From contig OZ024748.1 in NCBI GenBank assembly GCA_964016885.1, positions 38,006,001-38,070,000 on the forward strand: 64,000 nucleotides of DNA, written 5' to 3'. Under the pieces are notes generated by a model. That model did no database searches, was not told the DNA's origin, and saw only the letters and a list, made by a program, of their open reading frames with translations. Positions within the stretch are counted from its first letter, which is position 1, and each line of letters opens with the position of its first letter. The DNA comes from Eledone cirrhosa. Lineage: Eukaryota. Below are positions 31,280 through 45,219 of the stretch, piece after piece. The translations under genes were made by a program, and so were the position numbers.

Positions 31280-31907
31280 TCTATCTATTTATTAATTTCA
31301 AGAACGTCAGTATTCCGTGTGTCATAATTCTCGATTATCATTGGTTCATAGGTTTCAAACGACTCCGCCCACCCCAACGACGCCAAACTGAAACAAGTAT
31401 TGGTAAAAATTGCTTTCACTGCTATGTTGCGCAATAAATACCAACAGGTATTGGTAGAAATTGCCTTCACTGCTATGAATATTCGACGTAAATGATTCAG
31501 ATATTGGTGTCCTTTGATCAGTATTGTGGGCTTTGACAGAGTTATCATTTCTGTTCAATATCATTTATTCTCGATAATGAGCAACACAAAAAAACAACAA
31601 TTATTGGTAGAAATTGCGTTCAAATTTAACGCTTCTGATAGCGGTGGTAATAAACCCCCATCATATGCTAAGTCTGGCAAAATGTTTGGTGCCTATGGCC
31701 GACCAGGGCTAGAGTAATATTGAAAAACGATTCTATTTTCGAAGTAGAAGGATCTGCCATTTGGAGTTCAAACCAGGCCACCTCCCCGAGTTGAACTCTG
31801 GGCAATATTGACTAAGAGCCTGGAAATTACTGAATAAATTTTTGTGTCATATAATTTGTTGTTTTATTATTATAGCTGACCACTTATAGATAAGCATGTT
31901 ATCCATA
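31280..31907 (+). mobile_element. Rearranged Helitron fragment
   Basis: Its start matches the 5' terminus at 31908 and 37541; 31787-31909 duplicates 36978-37100. Confidence 0.7.
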
Positions 31908-34900
31908 TCTATTTAATAATTTCAACAACGTCAGTATTCCGTGGGCCATAATTCTCGATTATCATTGGTTCATAGGTTTCAAATGACTCCGCCCACCTCA
32001 ACGACGCCAAACTGAAATTAATATGCATAATGCCAATGAGGGAGTGAGAGGGGAGAGTGTGAACGCTGTGTTCAATAACTATTAATATGTGTGCGTGTGT
32101 ATATACGTGCACGTATGTTTATGTGTGTGTGCGTGCGTGCAGCGTTCCACAGAAAGTAAAAACTATCAACATGTGTGAGTGCGTGCGAGTGTAAAATTGC
32201 GTGCGTGTGCGCGTTTCCATGCGGGTATGTGTGTGGCGTTCCACAATCGCCATGCAGTTTATCTGTCTGTGTGCCTGTCTGTCAGTCTAACATACACAGA
32301 GTTGTGAAGGGAGTAAATAAGGACCTTTCTTTACATTGACGGACATTTTTATATTTATTATTGTGTGATTTTTTGACAATTGCTCGAAATGAATACTGAT
32401 AATAAAAGCAATTCGACTTTATCAAACAGTGAACTACAGCGGCGACGGCATGCAGCCAGCAATGAAGAAAAACTGGCTGAACAGCGCCATCGGAACGCCG
32501 AACTTCAGAGGCGAAGACGTGCCGCTATGAATGAAGAGGAGCTGGCTAAACAACGCCAACGAAACACTGGAGCCAAGCAGTGACGGCGTGTTGCGATAGT
32601 TGAAGACGAACTGGCTGAGCATCATCAGCAGATGGCCAGAATTCAGCAGCAACGGCGTGCTGCGATGAAGGAAGAGGAGCTGGCTGAACAGCGCCAGCGC
32701 AATACAGAAGTTCAGAGAATGTGTCGCCAAAGTGCTCCTCATTCCAGTAAAGAGGCCAGAATGCGAACGAATGATATTAAAAATGGATCATGGCAACCGT
32801 GTCATTTTCAGATTGGTGGACGAGCAGAGTGTCCACATTGTGGAGCATTGCTTTGGAGGCACGAAAAAACGTGGACCATAATGTACTGTCATAAAGGAGC
32901 AGTTCAACTAGAACCCTTGCGAATGCCGGATGATAATGAGTCACCGGAGTTTAAAATACTAAGTATGTGGGATGATCAAGGAGACCGAGGTAGATTACTG
33001 CGCAAATATTCGCGGCAAATTAACAATTCATTAGCTTTAGCATCGCAGAGAGTTAGTGAGATGTTTGAGAGTGGAACATAGCAACCGAATGAGTCATTCA
33101 AGGCCGTTTGTATCATTGTATCGGTAATTTAGAAGTTACCCCAGGAGAGAGGCCTCGATTCGCTCAAATTTACGTTAACGATCCAGATTATAGTGAATCG
33201 GAGGAGGATATCAGGATCGGTTGGATGAAGTTGCCGGGAAATATAACTGAACTTGAACGGCAAAAGTTAAGTGATTTGATCCGTGATTTGCAATCATGGC
33301 TTAGACAGTGTAATCCTTATGTTATGGATTTCATGTTGGTGGCTGAACTGCAAAATGTTCAGCAGAAAACATTGGTGATTAAGGCTGACGCAGTGCCAAG
33401 GAATCAACACGAACGGCGATATAATGCCCCTGAAGGATTTCGTGAAGTTGCTGTATTGATGGACGATAAGCCTGGATCGAGAGATATCGTCCTTAATCGC
33501 AGAGATGGTGGTCTCAAGACAATCAATGAGTCAAATAGGGCATACGATCCATTGCATTATGTTCTTTCATTCCCAAAAGGTGAAAATGGATGGAACATGT
33601 CTGTTCATTTAGATGATCATGAGAATCAGCATCAACAGGGAGGTGGCAATAGACACAATAATTCGATTCGCGACTTTTACGCGTTCCATTTGAACGAGAG
33701 GAATCAACAGAGAAATGCGCTATTTCAAGCCAGCAGATTGTTCCAGGAATACTGTTGTATGGCATTCACAAAGATCGAAAATCAAAGGCTAAATTATATA
33801 GATACACATCAGCAACATATCAGAGCTGAATTGTATAATAATATACAGGATGCGATAACAGCTGATGATGCCAATTAAAAGCAAATTGGTCGACGCATCA
33901 TTTTGCTATCGTCGTTCATCGGCGGCCCGAGATATATGAACATTCGCTATCAGGATGCAATGTCTATTGTCAGAAAGTTTGGAAAGCCAGATTTGTTTAT
34001 AACGGTTACATGCAATCCTGAATGGATTAATATTAAGGATGCACTTTTGCCAGGACAACAGCCAAAGGACCGTTCTGATATTGTGGCAAGAGTATTCAAA
34101 GGATATCTGAAAAAGATAATGGATGATGTGGAAAAAGAGGGAATCTTTGGAGGTATAGTTGCTTTTACATACGTAATTGAATTCCAAAAAAGAGGATTGC
34201 CACATGCACATTTGCTAATCATTTTACATAGAGATTGCAAATTGAGATGTGCTGAGGATGTCGACAGCATTGTGTGTGCTGAACTGCCGGAGAATGAGGC
34301 ACTACGCAACTTGGTGGCAAAGTCAATGGTGCACAACCAATGCGGAGTGGAAAATCGGAAAGCGCCTTGCATGAAAAATGGCCAATGCAGTAAGCAATTT
34401 CCGAAATCTTTTGTCACGAACACTTCCTGGGACGATGGGGATGCTCATCCCTCATACAGAAGACGGTCGCCTGCAGATGGCGGTTTGGTCGAAAATGTAA
34501 AGGGTCGACAGGTTACATATCAATGGGCTGAGCCATACAATCTATATTTGATTATGAAATATCGTTGTCATATTTATATGGAAATTTGTAGCTCAGTGAA
34601 AGCTTGTAATACCTATTCAAATATGTTTACAAAGGTCATGATGGGGCAATGATCAATGTCAGGAATGAGGAAGCGAACCAAGGAGATGAAGTTGGCAGGT
34701 TCCAGGATGTTCGCTTGATTGGATCTAGCGAAGCTTGCTGGAGATTGTTCGATTTTGATCTCAATGAACGCAAACCCAGCGTTCAGAAACTGACAGTTCA
34801 CTTAGAGAATAGGCAAATGCTCTGTTTTCAGGACACTAGAAGAGGTGTCGAAAGAATTGCTAACGCACCACCTCCTAAGACGGAATTGACTGAGTGGTTC

Positions 34901-37540
34901 AAGCATAATAGTGAACATGCTTTGAACCCGGATCAAAGGCAACTCTACTGCGATTTCCCTTCGCACATACACGTGGGATAAGAAGGGAAAGAAATGGAAT
35001 GATAGAAAACAAAAGTTGAGATTCATGACTATTGGACGGGTTTGTAATGTCCATCCAGCATCTGGTGATGTGTTATATCTCCGAATTCTGTTGCATAATT
35101 ATTTTTCGAGAGGTAAACAGAGCTTCGCTGATTTGAAAACAATCAATGGCGTGGAATATGAAACATACCAGGCTGTGTGTCAACATCTGGGACTCCTTCA
35201 GGATGACACTGAATGGAATAACGCCATGGAAGCTGCAGGAACAACACAAATGCCAGCTCAAATAAGGCAGTTGTTTGTCACGATTCTAGGATTCTGCAAT
35301 CCTGCCGATCCAAGAGAGTTATTTGAACGCCATTGGGGAATTATGGCTGATGATTTTAGGCATCATCTTCAGGTCGATGATGAAAATTTGATTAAAGCTA
35401 TTGTTTTGCTCAATATTGAGCAACTGCTTGAAGTTCATTTGAAATGTTTAAGAGATTTCAATTTGCCAATTCCTGATGAAGAAATTCAGCAACGTGTCTT
35501 AGCATTGAACATGAGATTGCAGCTTAGACGGTTGCCACTCGATCGGAGGGAACTATTCCAGTTTGATCCACTGGAACAGCAACGTATTGTGGATGAAGGT
35601 ATGCCAATGCTGACCCAACCTCAGAGAGAATTGGTCGATGGCGTTCTCCACTCGATTTCCACTAATGAGCAACTTTGTGCTTTCATAGATGCTCCAGGAG
35701 GCACTGGAAAGACATTCTGTTTCAACACTATGTTATCGGCAGTCAGAGCTCAGAAGAGGATTGCTCTCCCTGTGGCCACCAGTGGGATCGCTGCCACTTT
35801 GCTGAGTGGTGGAAGGACCTTCCACTCATGCTTCAAGGCTCCATTGGCTCCGGATGAGTTGAGTGTTTGTAACATTACAGGACAAAGTGAACTCGCGTGC
35901 CTTATATGCAATACGTCTCTGATTATTTGGGACGAGGCTCCAATGGCACACAGATATTTGCTGGAGGCATTGGACAGAACTTTGAGAGATATCTGCGGTA
36001 GTGACCTGCCATTCGGTGGTAAGACTATCGTTCTTGGTGGCGATTTCAGACAGGGGCTACCAATTGTTAGGAATGCTCAAAGAGCGCAAATTGTCGATGC
36101 ATGTCTGAAAAAGTCCCCGTTGTGGCGCCATTTCAGAGTTTTGCGATTACACGGTAATATGCGACTTCGTATGTTCGGACAAAACGAAGAGGCTGAGACA
36201 TACGGCCGATGGTTGATGCAGTTGGGAAACGATGAATTGCCACACGTTGGTGAAATCAGACTGTAAGAATCCCAGACTATTCGGTCATTCCACTGGACCA
36301 CCAAGCATTGATTGACTGGGTGTTCCCTAATTTGAATGCTTTTTGGCAGAATATCTCCTGGATATCGGAACGCGTTATTCTAACTCATACGAATACAACG
36401 GTCGATGAAATAAATTCACAAGTAGCCGGAATGTTTCCTGGAGAGGAATGGTTGACCGTCAGTGTGTATGCAATGGAGCCTAATCAGCAGAACAATATGG
36501 ATGTTTCGACTGAGTATCTGAATTCACTTCAAATACCCGGATTCCCCCCACATATTTTGAGGTTGAAAAAGGGTATGCCGATTATATTGCTTAGAAATAT
36601 CAATCATAAAATAGGTTTTTGCAATGGTACCAGATTGATTGTTGAGAGATTGATTAACGGAAGAGTTTTAGAAGCTAAACTCCCAGGCAGAGAGGACTCG
36701 GTTCTCATTCCGAGGATCATGCTGAAACCAAGTGAAGATCTGCTGCCATTCATTTGGCAAAGGAAACAGTTTCCCGTCAATTTGGCCGTCTCCATGACTG
36801 TCAACAAGGCACAGGGACAGACTTTCAAGCGAGTCGGTGTCTACGTGAATGATCCAGCATTCAGCCATGGGCAACTGTATGTTGCTGCATCTCGAGTGTG
36901 CGATCCTGATGGTGTAAATTTTGCAATTGATACCACTAACAGAGGAACAACCCTGAATATTGTCTATAATGAAGCTTTGAGTTGAACTCTGGGCAATATT
37001 GACTAAGAGCCTGGAAATTACTGAATAAATTTTTGTGTCATATAATTTGTTGTTTTATTATTATAGCTGACCACTTATAGATAAGCATATTATCCATATC
37101 CAGATTAATTTGTATTTGTATAAACCATTTCAAGTAAATAGGGACCTTTTTTACATTGACGGACATCTTTTATATTAATTATCTATATCTATATCTACAT
37201 ATAATATAAAAGATTGGAACTTCCATCATCCTTTTGAGAAACGTGGAACAACCACGTCTATGCAATGATACACGTTTTACAGTCAGGCAGAAGATGAAAC
37301 ATCTCCTAGAGGTCACTATTCTAGGTGGGGGCACCTAGAATTGTTCATATACTATGCACAAACGGTACAACTAAGAATCTGGTATATCTGGAAGATTTCT
37401 TTTACTGTGTTTGGTATCACACAGACACCACGGACTCGCCTCATACTGTAACCACACAAACATCCAATACAGTCATTTTTTCTTTTACCTGTCTTCTCTT
37501 ATCATCTGTTTACCCGGGCGAAGCTGGGTACATCAGCTAG
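31908..37540 (+). mobile_element. Helitron (near full-length, decayed RepHel)
   Basis: 5' TC. Rep motifs PDLFITVTCNP, VIEFQKRGLPHAHLLI and YLFKYVYKG. PIF1-type helicase motifs DAPGGTGKT, IWDEAPM, GGDFRQ, TVNKAQGQT, FSHGQLYVAASRV. 3' hairpin ACCCGG-GCGAAG-CTGGGT followed by CTAG at 37537-37540. Confidence 0.93.
32380..36985 (+). pseudogene. Rep-Helicase transposase, several stops and frameshifts
   Basis: Consecutive ORFs 32632-33081, 33108-33878, 33903-34652, 34649-34981, 35016-36266, 36308-36985. Confidence 0.92.
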
Positions 37541-38656
37541 TCTATATATTAATTTCAACAATGTCAGTATTCCGTGTGTCATAATTCTCGATTATCATTG
37601 GTTCATAGGTTTCAAACGTCTCCTCCCACCTCAACGACGCCAAATTTAAATTAATATACATAATGCCAATGAGGGAGTGAGAGGGGAGAGTAAGAAACAG
37701 AGAGGCAAAGTGAACGCTGTAACTATTACCATGTGTGCGTGTGTAAGTACGAGCGCGTATGTTTATGTGTGCGTGCGTGCAGCGTTCCACAGAAAGTAAA
37801 AACTATCAACTTGTGTGAGTGTGTGCGTGTGTGTAAGTGCACGGGTGCGTGTGTAAGTTTGCGTGCGTATGTGCGTTTCCATGCGTGTATGTGTGTGTAC
37901 TTGCGGTGTTCCACAATCGCCACGCAGTTTATCTGTCTGTGTGCCTGTCTGTCAGTCTAACATACACAGAGTTGTGAAGGGAGTAAATAGGGACCTTTTT
38001 TTACATTGACGGACATTTTTATATTTATTATTGTGTCATTTTTTGACAATTGCTCGAAAAGAAAACTGATAATAAAATCAATTCGACTTTATCAAACAGT
38101 GACCTACGGCGGCGACGGCTTGCGGCCATGAATGAAGAAAAACGGGTCGAACAGCGCCATCGGAACGCCGAACTTCAGAGGCGAAGACGTGCCGCCATGA
38201 ATGAAGAGGAGCTGGCTGAACAACGCCAACGAAACACTGTAGCCAAGCAGCCACGGTTGAAGACGTACTGACTGAGCATCATCTTTTATATTAATTATTT
38301 ATATCTATATCTACATATAATATAAAAGATTGGAACTTCCATCATCCTTTTGAGAAAAGTGGAACAACCACGTCTATGAAATGATACACGTTTTACGGTC
38401 AGGCAGAAGATGAACCATCTCCTAGAGGTCACTATTCTAGGTGGGGGCACCTAGAATTGTTCATATACTATGCACGAACGGTACAACGAAGAATCTGGTA
38501 TATCTGGAAGATTTTTTTTACTGTGTTTGGTATCACACAGACACCACGGACTCGCCTCATACTGTAATCAGACAAACATCCAATACAGTCATTTTCTCTT
38601 TTACCTGTTTTCTCTTATCATCTGTTTACCCGGTCGAAGCAGGGTACGTCAGCTAG
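37541..38656 (+). mobile_element. Internally deleted non-autonomous Helitron, head-to-tail with the previous one
   Basis: Starts with TC immediately after CTAG; 5' ~740 bp and 3' ~375 bp match the parent; ends with hairpin + CTAG at 38653-38656. Confidence 0.9.
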
Positions 38657-40418
38657 TATATATAAAACAAAGAATGTCTGTGTATCTGTTTCCCTAAAAA
38701 TCGAGAAGTACCCAACCGTTTTGTTTCAAACTTTACACACGTAATACGTATGGCCCTGTGAGTGTTTTGAGCAAAAACAATTTCAAATTATTTAGTCCTG
38801 GGGATCGAATTAGTGAAGTGGCCAATGTCTGTACATAATGAGGGAGTGAGAGGGAGAGAAAGAAACGGAGAGGCGAAGTAACGAAGTCGCTTTCTACACC
38901 TCCTCCTCCATCTCCCCATTCGTCGCAGCGTTTTTCGATAGAGGGGATAAATGTGAGTGAGTTATAAAGAGAAAGAGTGACAGTGAAAGAAACAGACAGA
39001 GTAAAAGAGGGGGAGAGCGGCAGAGGGAGAGCGACAGACGCTGTGTTTGATAAATGACAGTGGAAGAGGGGAAGGAAAGCTATAACTAATTAACATGTGT
39101 GTGCGTGTGCGTGCGCGCGTGTGTGTGTTCGTGCAGCGTTCCACTAAGAGTTAAATCTATTAACATGTGTGTGTGTGTACGTGCACACGTGCGTGCGTGA
39201 GTTTGCGTGCGTGCGTGAGTGTGTGTGTGTACGTGCCTGTGGCGTTTCACTTACGCCATTTTTTTCAGTGACAACATATTCACTTTCCCTTCCCAGCTCG
39301 AGCCGGTGGGGCTGGATCGAGCAGACGGCAAAAGGCCAGATGGCATGACCATCTTCCCGTTCCGCGGTGGCAAACCCCTCGTCTAGGATGCCACTTGCAC
39401 CGACACTTTCTGCAGCCGCAACCTGGTGCAGTCTGAGACTGACCCAGGTTCTGCTGCACGTCGGGCTGAGGGGCTCAAATACCGGTCGCTCTCCGACAGG
39501 TTTGCGGTCTACCACTGGCAATAGAGACTTCTGGTGTCCTCGGCCCCAGGGCTACCTCCTTACTCACCACCATAGGCGCTGAGCTGGCCAGACGCAGGTG
39601 TGAGCCCCGCGAGTTGGAGTGGCTTTTCCAGCCGTCTCCCTTGTCGTCCTCCGGGGAAACGCCTTCTCCGTTCTGTACGCCGGGGCTGTGGGTGGTCCCG
39701 ATCGCGTACCGTTGTAGTTGTTGTAGAAGAAACAGGAAGACAACAACTGGAAAGTTTGATTTTCTACTTTATCATTTACTTCTGCACTCAAATATATATA
39801 CATTCACTAACTTACACTCATTCCAACTGCTGCTCTTGCTGTTACCCTTCTCCCTATCCATACCCCTGACTTACATCCGAAGGTATAATGGTGCTTTCCA
39901 AATGACATCTTTTGGGGCGAACATTGTCAAGGAAGGCGGATTTATGCACACATTTAAGGTGCAAGGTCAGGTGTACCATAGAATCGGATCCCTCCAACCT
40001 GCCGCCAATCAAGAACCTCAATTTCTTCAGATGTACTTTGTTGGGAATCTCAACGAGCAGGCAGCCATGAGGAACTCCATTTCACCTGGTACCAACTTCG
40101 AGCTTATAAGGAAACTGCAAGACGTTCTGCACACAAAAAACAGCTATGTAATTAGCTTCAAGTATGCCTTAGAAGCAGATACCACAGCCAATTTTAATGT
40201 GGTAATTGATGATCCTTATAATTATCCTGCATGCAATGAAATCGCTGTACTTATGCATGGGGGTCAGCATAATCCACGAGACATTGTCTTCAAGCGTCGA
40301 GAGAGCACTCTTTAGCGAATCAGCGAAACACATAGTCTTATGATGCGCTCCAGTATCCACTTCTCTTTGAAAATGGTGAGGACAGCTATAAGTACGGAAT
40401 TCACCAGCATAATCCAGT
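38657..40418 (+). mobile_element. Inverted, deleted 5' copy of the second Helitron
   Basis: Reverse complement of ~43255-45190 with an internal deletion and one insertion. Confidence 0.85.
39285..39800 (+). mobile_element. 3' fragment of a CRE-like non-LTR retrotransposon (restriction-like endonuclease)
   Basis: Translates [37 protein letters not shown]...LSLVVLRGNAFSVL; absent from the mirror arm; ATTCACT duplicated at both ends. Confidence 0.75.
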
Positions 40419-43400
40419 AAACTTTAAGGAGAAGCATGTGAGGCGGTAGTCCTGGGGGCTCCAAAGAATTGAGGAACTCCGGCGGAAAGTTCACCACTTC
40501 ATTGGGATCTGGCATCGTGTCAACAGATTTGTAAGTGTGAAGAACACGAGGAAGGGAATGCAGTAGTTGGTCGTTGGTTTTGTTAACAGTGACGTTTTTT
40601 TGGAGCTAGCACTGCTCTTTCACACAACCATGCGTGGTTCTGGTAATTGTCTCCCAAATCTGGAAACACTTTGTCTTTCAGCCCTCCCCCCTCCCTGCAG
40701 AATTAACTGAGGTATAAAATGGCCACACTTCCAGCTCTCCTGCAGCGTCCAGAGGTATTTTGCCGTCGCCAAGTTTCAAAATGTCCTCTGCAAATTCCGC
40801 GGACGTTTGGTCGCCGTGTAATTGAGCTCTCATGTTGGTTGTAAGAATCAGTGTCCAGACATGGCGCCACAGAGGAGAGGACTTTAGGCACGCTTGGACC
40901 TCATCTGCTCTTGTGCCTTTGGGAATGACGGGAAGAGTCTGCCTGAAGTCACCCGAAAGCAGAAGCGTAACACCACCCATGGGAGCCTGGTAGCCTCTGA
41001 TGTCCTTTAGAGCTCTGTTTAATGCGTCCAGAGCTCCCTTATGGGCCATGGTGCACTCATTCCACACAATGAGCTGAGATCGTTTTAGGACTTGGCCCTG
41101 GTCGGAGGTCTTGCTGATGCTGCAAGTAGGCATTTCTGACGCTCTTAAATTGAGAGGCAATTTAAAACTGGAGTGTGCAGTCCTGCCACCGGGCAACAAA
41201 GTGGCAGCAATTCCAGAAGAGGCAACAGCAACCGCAATGTCCTTGTGCATCCTGACCTTTGCAAGGAGGAGTCTCGTTAAAAATGTTTTGAGCATCCAGA
41301 AAGAACATACCTCCTTTTCTGTGGCGCACATGGTCGGCAACAATGGTGTAAGCACGACGTTGGTCCGGAAGAAGTTGTGGTTAAGTTTCAAGGACGTACT
41401 TGGTAAAAGTATCGACGTCGTAGGACGTTTCTTGGAGAAGAGCTATAGGAAGTACGTTTGACCCTGTACGGAGTGTTTGGGGCAAACCATATGAGGGCAA
41501 ATAATTTCTGCCGAGTGATGCAACTATATCCTCTATGTCAATCAACGCTAGATTGAAGACCTCGTCGCTGGTACGTTCCATCTCAGGGTATTGCACTTGC
41601 GCCTGACGTTTGTAGTCCTCGGATAAGTCATCTTTATACTTGAGCCACAAAGAGATAGGATTACTCAGTTCGCAAGTTTGCAGCAGTACTGCATATAGAG
41701 CTCGTAGGTGCATAGGGGATTGAGATGCAACAGCTTCGAATAAAGAGGCATCCCACTGCGTACCGTATTCTAGCAGGCCGCGCTTGAAGCAAGCTTCCCT
41801 GTAATTGCTGCACCACATGGAACCGTCGGCAGTTCTAAGGTCATGAAAGGACTGGGGTCCTCTTACCTCATGTAGCAGAAGACGGAGGTAGAAGCACTCA
41901 TGCTGGTTCGGGTGCACTGTGTAAACTCTCCCTAGGCAACTGTCAAACTTTATGCCAGGATGTCCATCAACAGGCTGACCTGCCTTTCTGCGAACCCATT
42001 GTTGTTTATTCCATATGTAATAGGACGACACCTGAGGATACAGCAGGGTTTGAGCAATTGAATTGGCCTGACAAAATTTGAACAATGCAGTGAGGGTCGT
42101 TTCCCGTGGTTCCTCCACCATGTCAGTGAAGTACACCCTTTGACCATTCTCCAGGGGGACTGCCAGCTGTTCAATTGCAGGGTGCCTTTGGTGTATAGGG
42201 AAGCCGAAAATACGCCAGAAAGCCTCGTTTCTGCTGATGTAACGACCAACTTGGTATTGCGTGACCTCATCACGGTTGTTGTCCTGTTGAAGACCCAACA
42301 TAGCAGTGTCTGAACCCTTATTCACATATTTACATATGTACTTGATTGACTTGACGGAATTACAGAACTTGAATTTGATGTGAGCACCGAAGGTCTTGGA
42401 AAGAAATCGGCAGTATGGCACTATCCATCTGTTGTCGACCTCGTTCTGTCCAACTGTTGCTGTAAAACCACCGTCTCCGGGTTGGCGTCGCATGTACAGT
42501 GGGTATCCGTTAACGCCAGTCTGGGTTTCTTGGAGGAATTTCGGGGAAATCTTTTGCTGCAGACATTGTCGTTCAAGCAAGGTGAATTTAAATTGAAACC
42601 CCTCCCACATGGACCATGGACTATGTTTGTCTTCACATGGTCTTTGTCTATATACGGAGTGGGAAACTCTGCGGAGATGATGCTGTCAATGTCATTGGAA
42701 GATATATTTGTTGACAGCGAAATGAGGATGTGGGTGTGCGGGAGGCCCCTCTTCTGCCACTCTACGGTGTACATGTCGCACTTTACTGGGCCAGACTCGG
42801 GCCAGGAGTTCATGCCTGTCTTTGGCCCTTGGAACAGTTCTGCCCCGATCTCCTTCCACTTTGGATTGCAAGTGAATGTAATGAACAGATCGGGCCTGCT
42901 GTAATGCCGTACGTAGGTCATAGCATCCTGCGTTCTCTCGTGCATGTAGCACGGACTTCCGGTGTAGGTGGAGGGGAGAATGCAGACTTTTCCTACGCTG
43001 CTGGGAGCTGCGTCATTGTTGATGGCATCTCGGAGATGGATGTAGCTCTCGGACCGCAGTTGCCTTTGGTGTGACCGTATGAAACACAGTCTCTCCGATT
43101 CCAATTTTTGCGCACATATCAACGGCGAATTGCTGAAGTAGATCTCTTGATTGGTGCAGGTGATTGAAGGAATCGTGGCGAACCATAAAGCGGTAGGAGT
43201 AGAAATCCATGCATGAAACTGGTTTTTTGACGGAGTGTTGAGGGTTTATTGAATTATGCTGGTGAATTTCGTACTGATAGCCCTCTTCACCATTTACAAA
43301 GAGAAGTGGATACTGGAGCGCATCGTAAGACCTATGTGTTTCGCTGATTCGCTAAAAAGTGCTCTCTCGACGCTTGAGGACAATGTCTCGTGGATTATGC

Positions 43401-45190
43401 TGACCCCCATGCATAAGTACAGCGATTTCATTGCATGCAGGATAATTATAAGGATCATCAATTACCACATTAAAATTGGCTGTGGTATCTGCTTCCAAGG
43501 CATACTTGAAGCTAATTACATAGCTGCTTTTTGTGTGCAGAATGTCTTGCAATTTCCTTATAAGCTCAACATTGGTACCAGGTGAATGGAGTTCCTCATG
43601 GCTGCCTGCTCGTTGAGATTCCCAACAAAGTACATTTGAAGAAATTGAGGTTCTTGATTGGCGGCAGGTTGGAGGGATCCGATTCTATGGTACACCTGAC
43701 CTTGCACCTTAAATGTGGGCATAAATCTGCCTTCCTTGACAATGTTCGCCCCAAAAGATGTCATTTGGAAAGCACAGTTATACCTCCGGATGTAAGTCAG
43801 GAAATGCCGTGACTCCGCAGTACTGCCTGAATATAGGAGCTTCAACAGTTGTGGTGGATCCTCCAGTGGACGTAATTTTACTTTTCCATTTGCGCAACAC
43901 AAACCAGGTGTTACTCCGGGCCACTTTTTTGCATTGCAGAAAGAGCACGTCTTTGACATACTCCCAATTCACATGTCTGGATGGCCACTGTAATCAAAGT
44001 CAGGGTTGTACTCGTATGCTTTTAAGGACCATCGTGAGCGTCACGGCCTTGAAATACCCTGCCCAAAGGCCCTTCGTTGAGCATTACATTCTAGTCGAAT
44101 GTCTCGTTCTTGCGACGTCTTTTACGCTGGTCTTCCGCCTCGGCAGCTCGTGCAACAGAAGTTGATGCGGCATCAGCTGTTCAGCGAATGGTACGTTGGT
44201 TGTCTGTTTCAAGTGCTCTTCTGGTGGCAGCACGTTTAGCATCTTGCGACCGTCGAATAGAAGATTCTACTGACGATTTGTTTTCTCGCCCTGTTCTTGT
44301 TGTTGCTGCTTTCGCAGTTTTTCGCCCAATGGAGTATCTCTTCCTTCGAAGCATGACCTAAAAGCAGGACGAAGTACACTGAAACTTACTGGTAGAGTAA
44401 GGAGTAAACTCGTCACTGAATTAAAAACCGATGCATGTGATTTCCGAACGGTTGAGTATGTAATTGCTAAGCCATGAGTGCCATCTTAACCGGGATATGG
44501 ATAGGGAGAGGGGTAACAGTAAGAGCAGCGGTTGGAATGAGTGTAAGTTAGTGAATATGTTGTCACTGAAAAAAAATGGCGTAAGTAAAACGCCACACGC
44601 ACGTACACACACACTCACACACGCAAACGCACAAACGCACGCAAACTCACGCACGCACGTGTGCACGTACACACACACACATGTTAATAGATTTAACTCT
44701 TAGTGGAACGCTGCACGAACACACACTCACGCGCACGCAAACACACACACACATGTTAATTAGTTATAGCTTTCCTTCCCCTCTTCCACTGTCATTTATC
44801 AAACACAGCGTCTGTCGCCTCACTCTCCCGCTCTCCCCCTCTTTTAGTATGTCTGTTTCTTTCACTCTCACTCTTTCTCTTTGTAACTCACTCACATTTC
44901 TTCCCTCTATCGAAAAACTCTGTGACGAATGGGGAGATGGAAGAGGAGGTGTAGAGAGCGACTTCGTCACTTCGCCTCTCCGTTTCTTTCTCTCCCTCTC
45001 ACTCCCTCATTATGTACAGACATTGGCCACTTCACTAATTCTATCCCTAGGACTAAATAATTTGAAAATTGTTTTTGCTCAAAATACTCACAGGGCCATA
45101 CGTATTACGTGTGTAAAGTTTGAAAAAAAAAGGTGGCTACTTCTCGATTTTTAGGGAAACAGATACACAGACATTCTTTGTTTTATATAT
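40419..45190 (-). mobile_element. Second Helitron family, decayed RepHel, 3' end missing
   Basis: PDLFITFTCNP, VEWQKRGLPHTHIL, KYICKYVNKG, VASSGIAATLL, SGDFRQTLP and EFLNSLEPPGLPPHMLLLK in minus-strand ORFs 40419-44355. Confidence 0.9.
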
Positions 45191-45219
45191 ATATATAAGT
45201 GTATATATATATATATATC

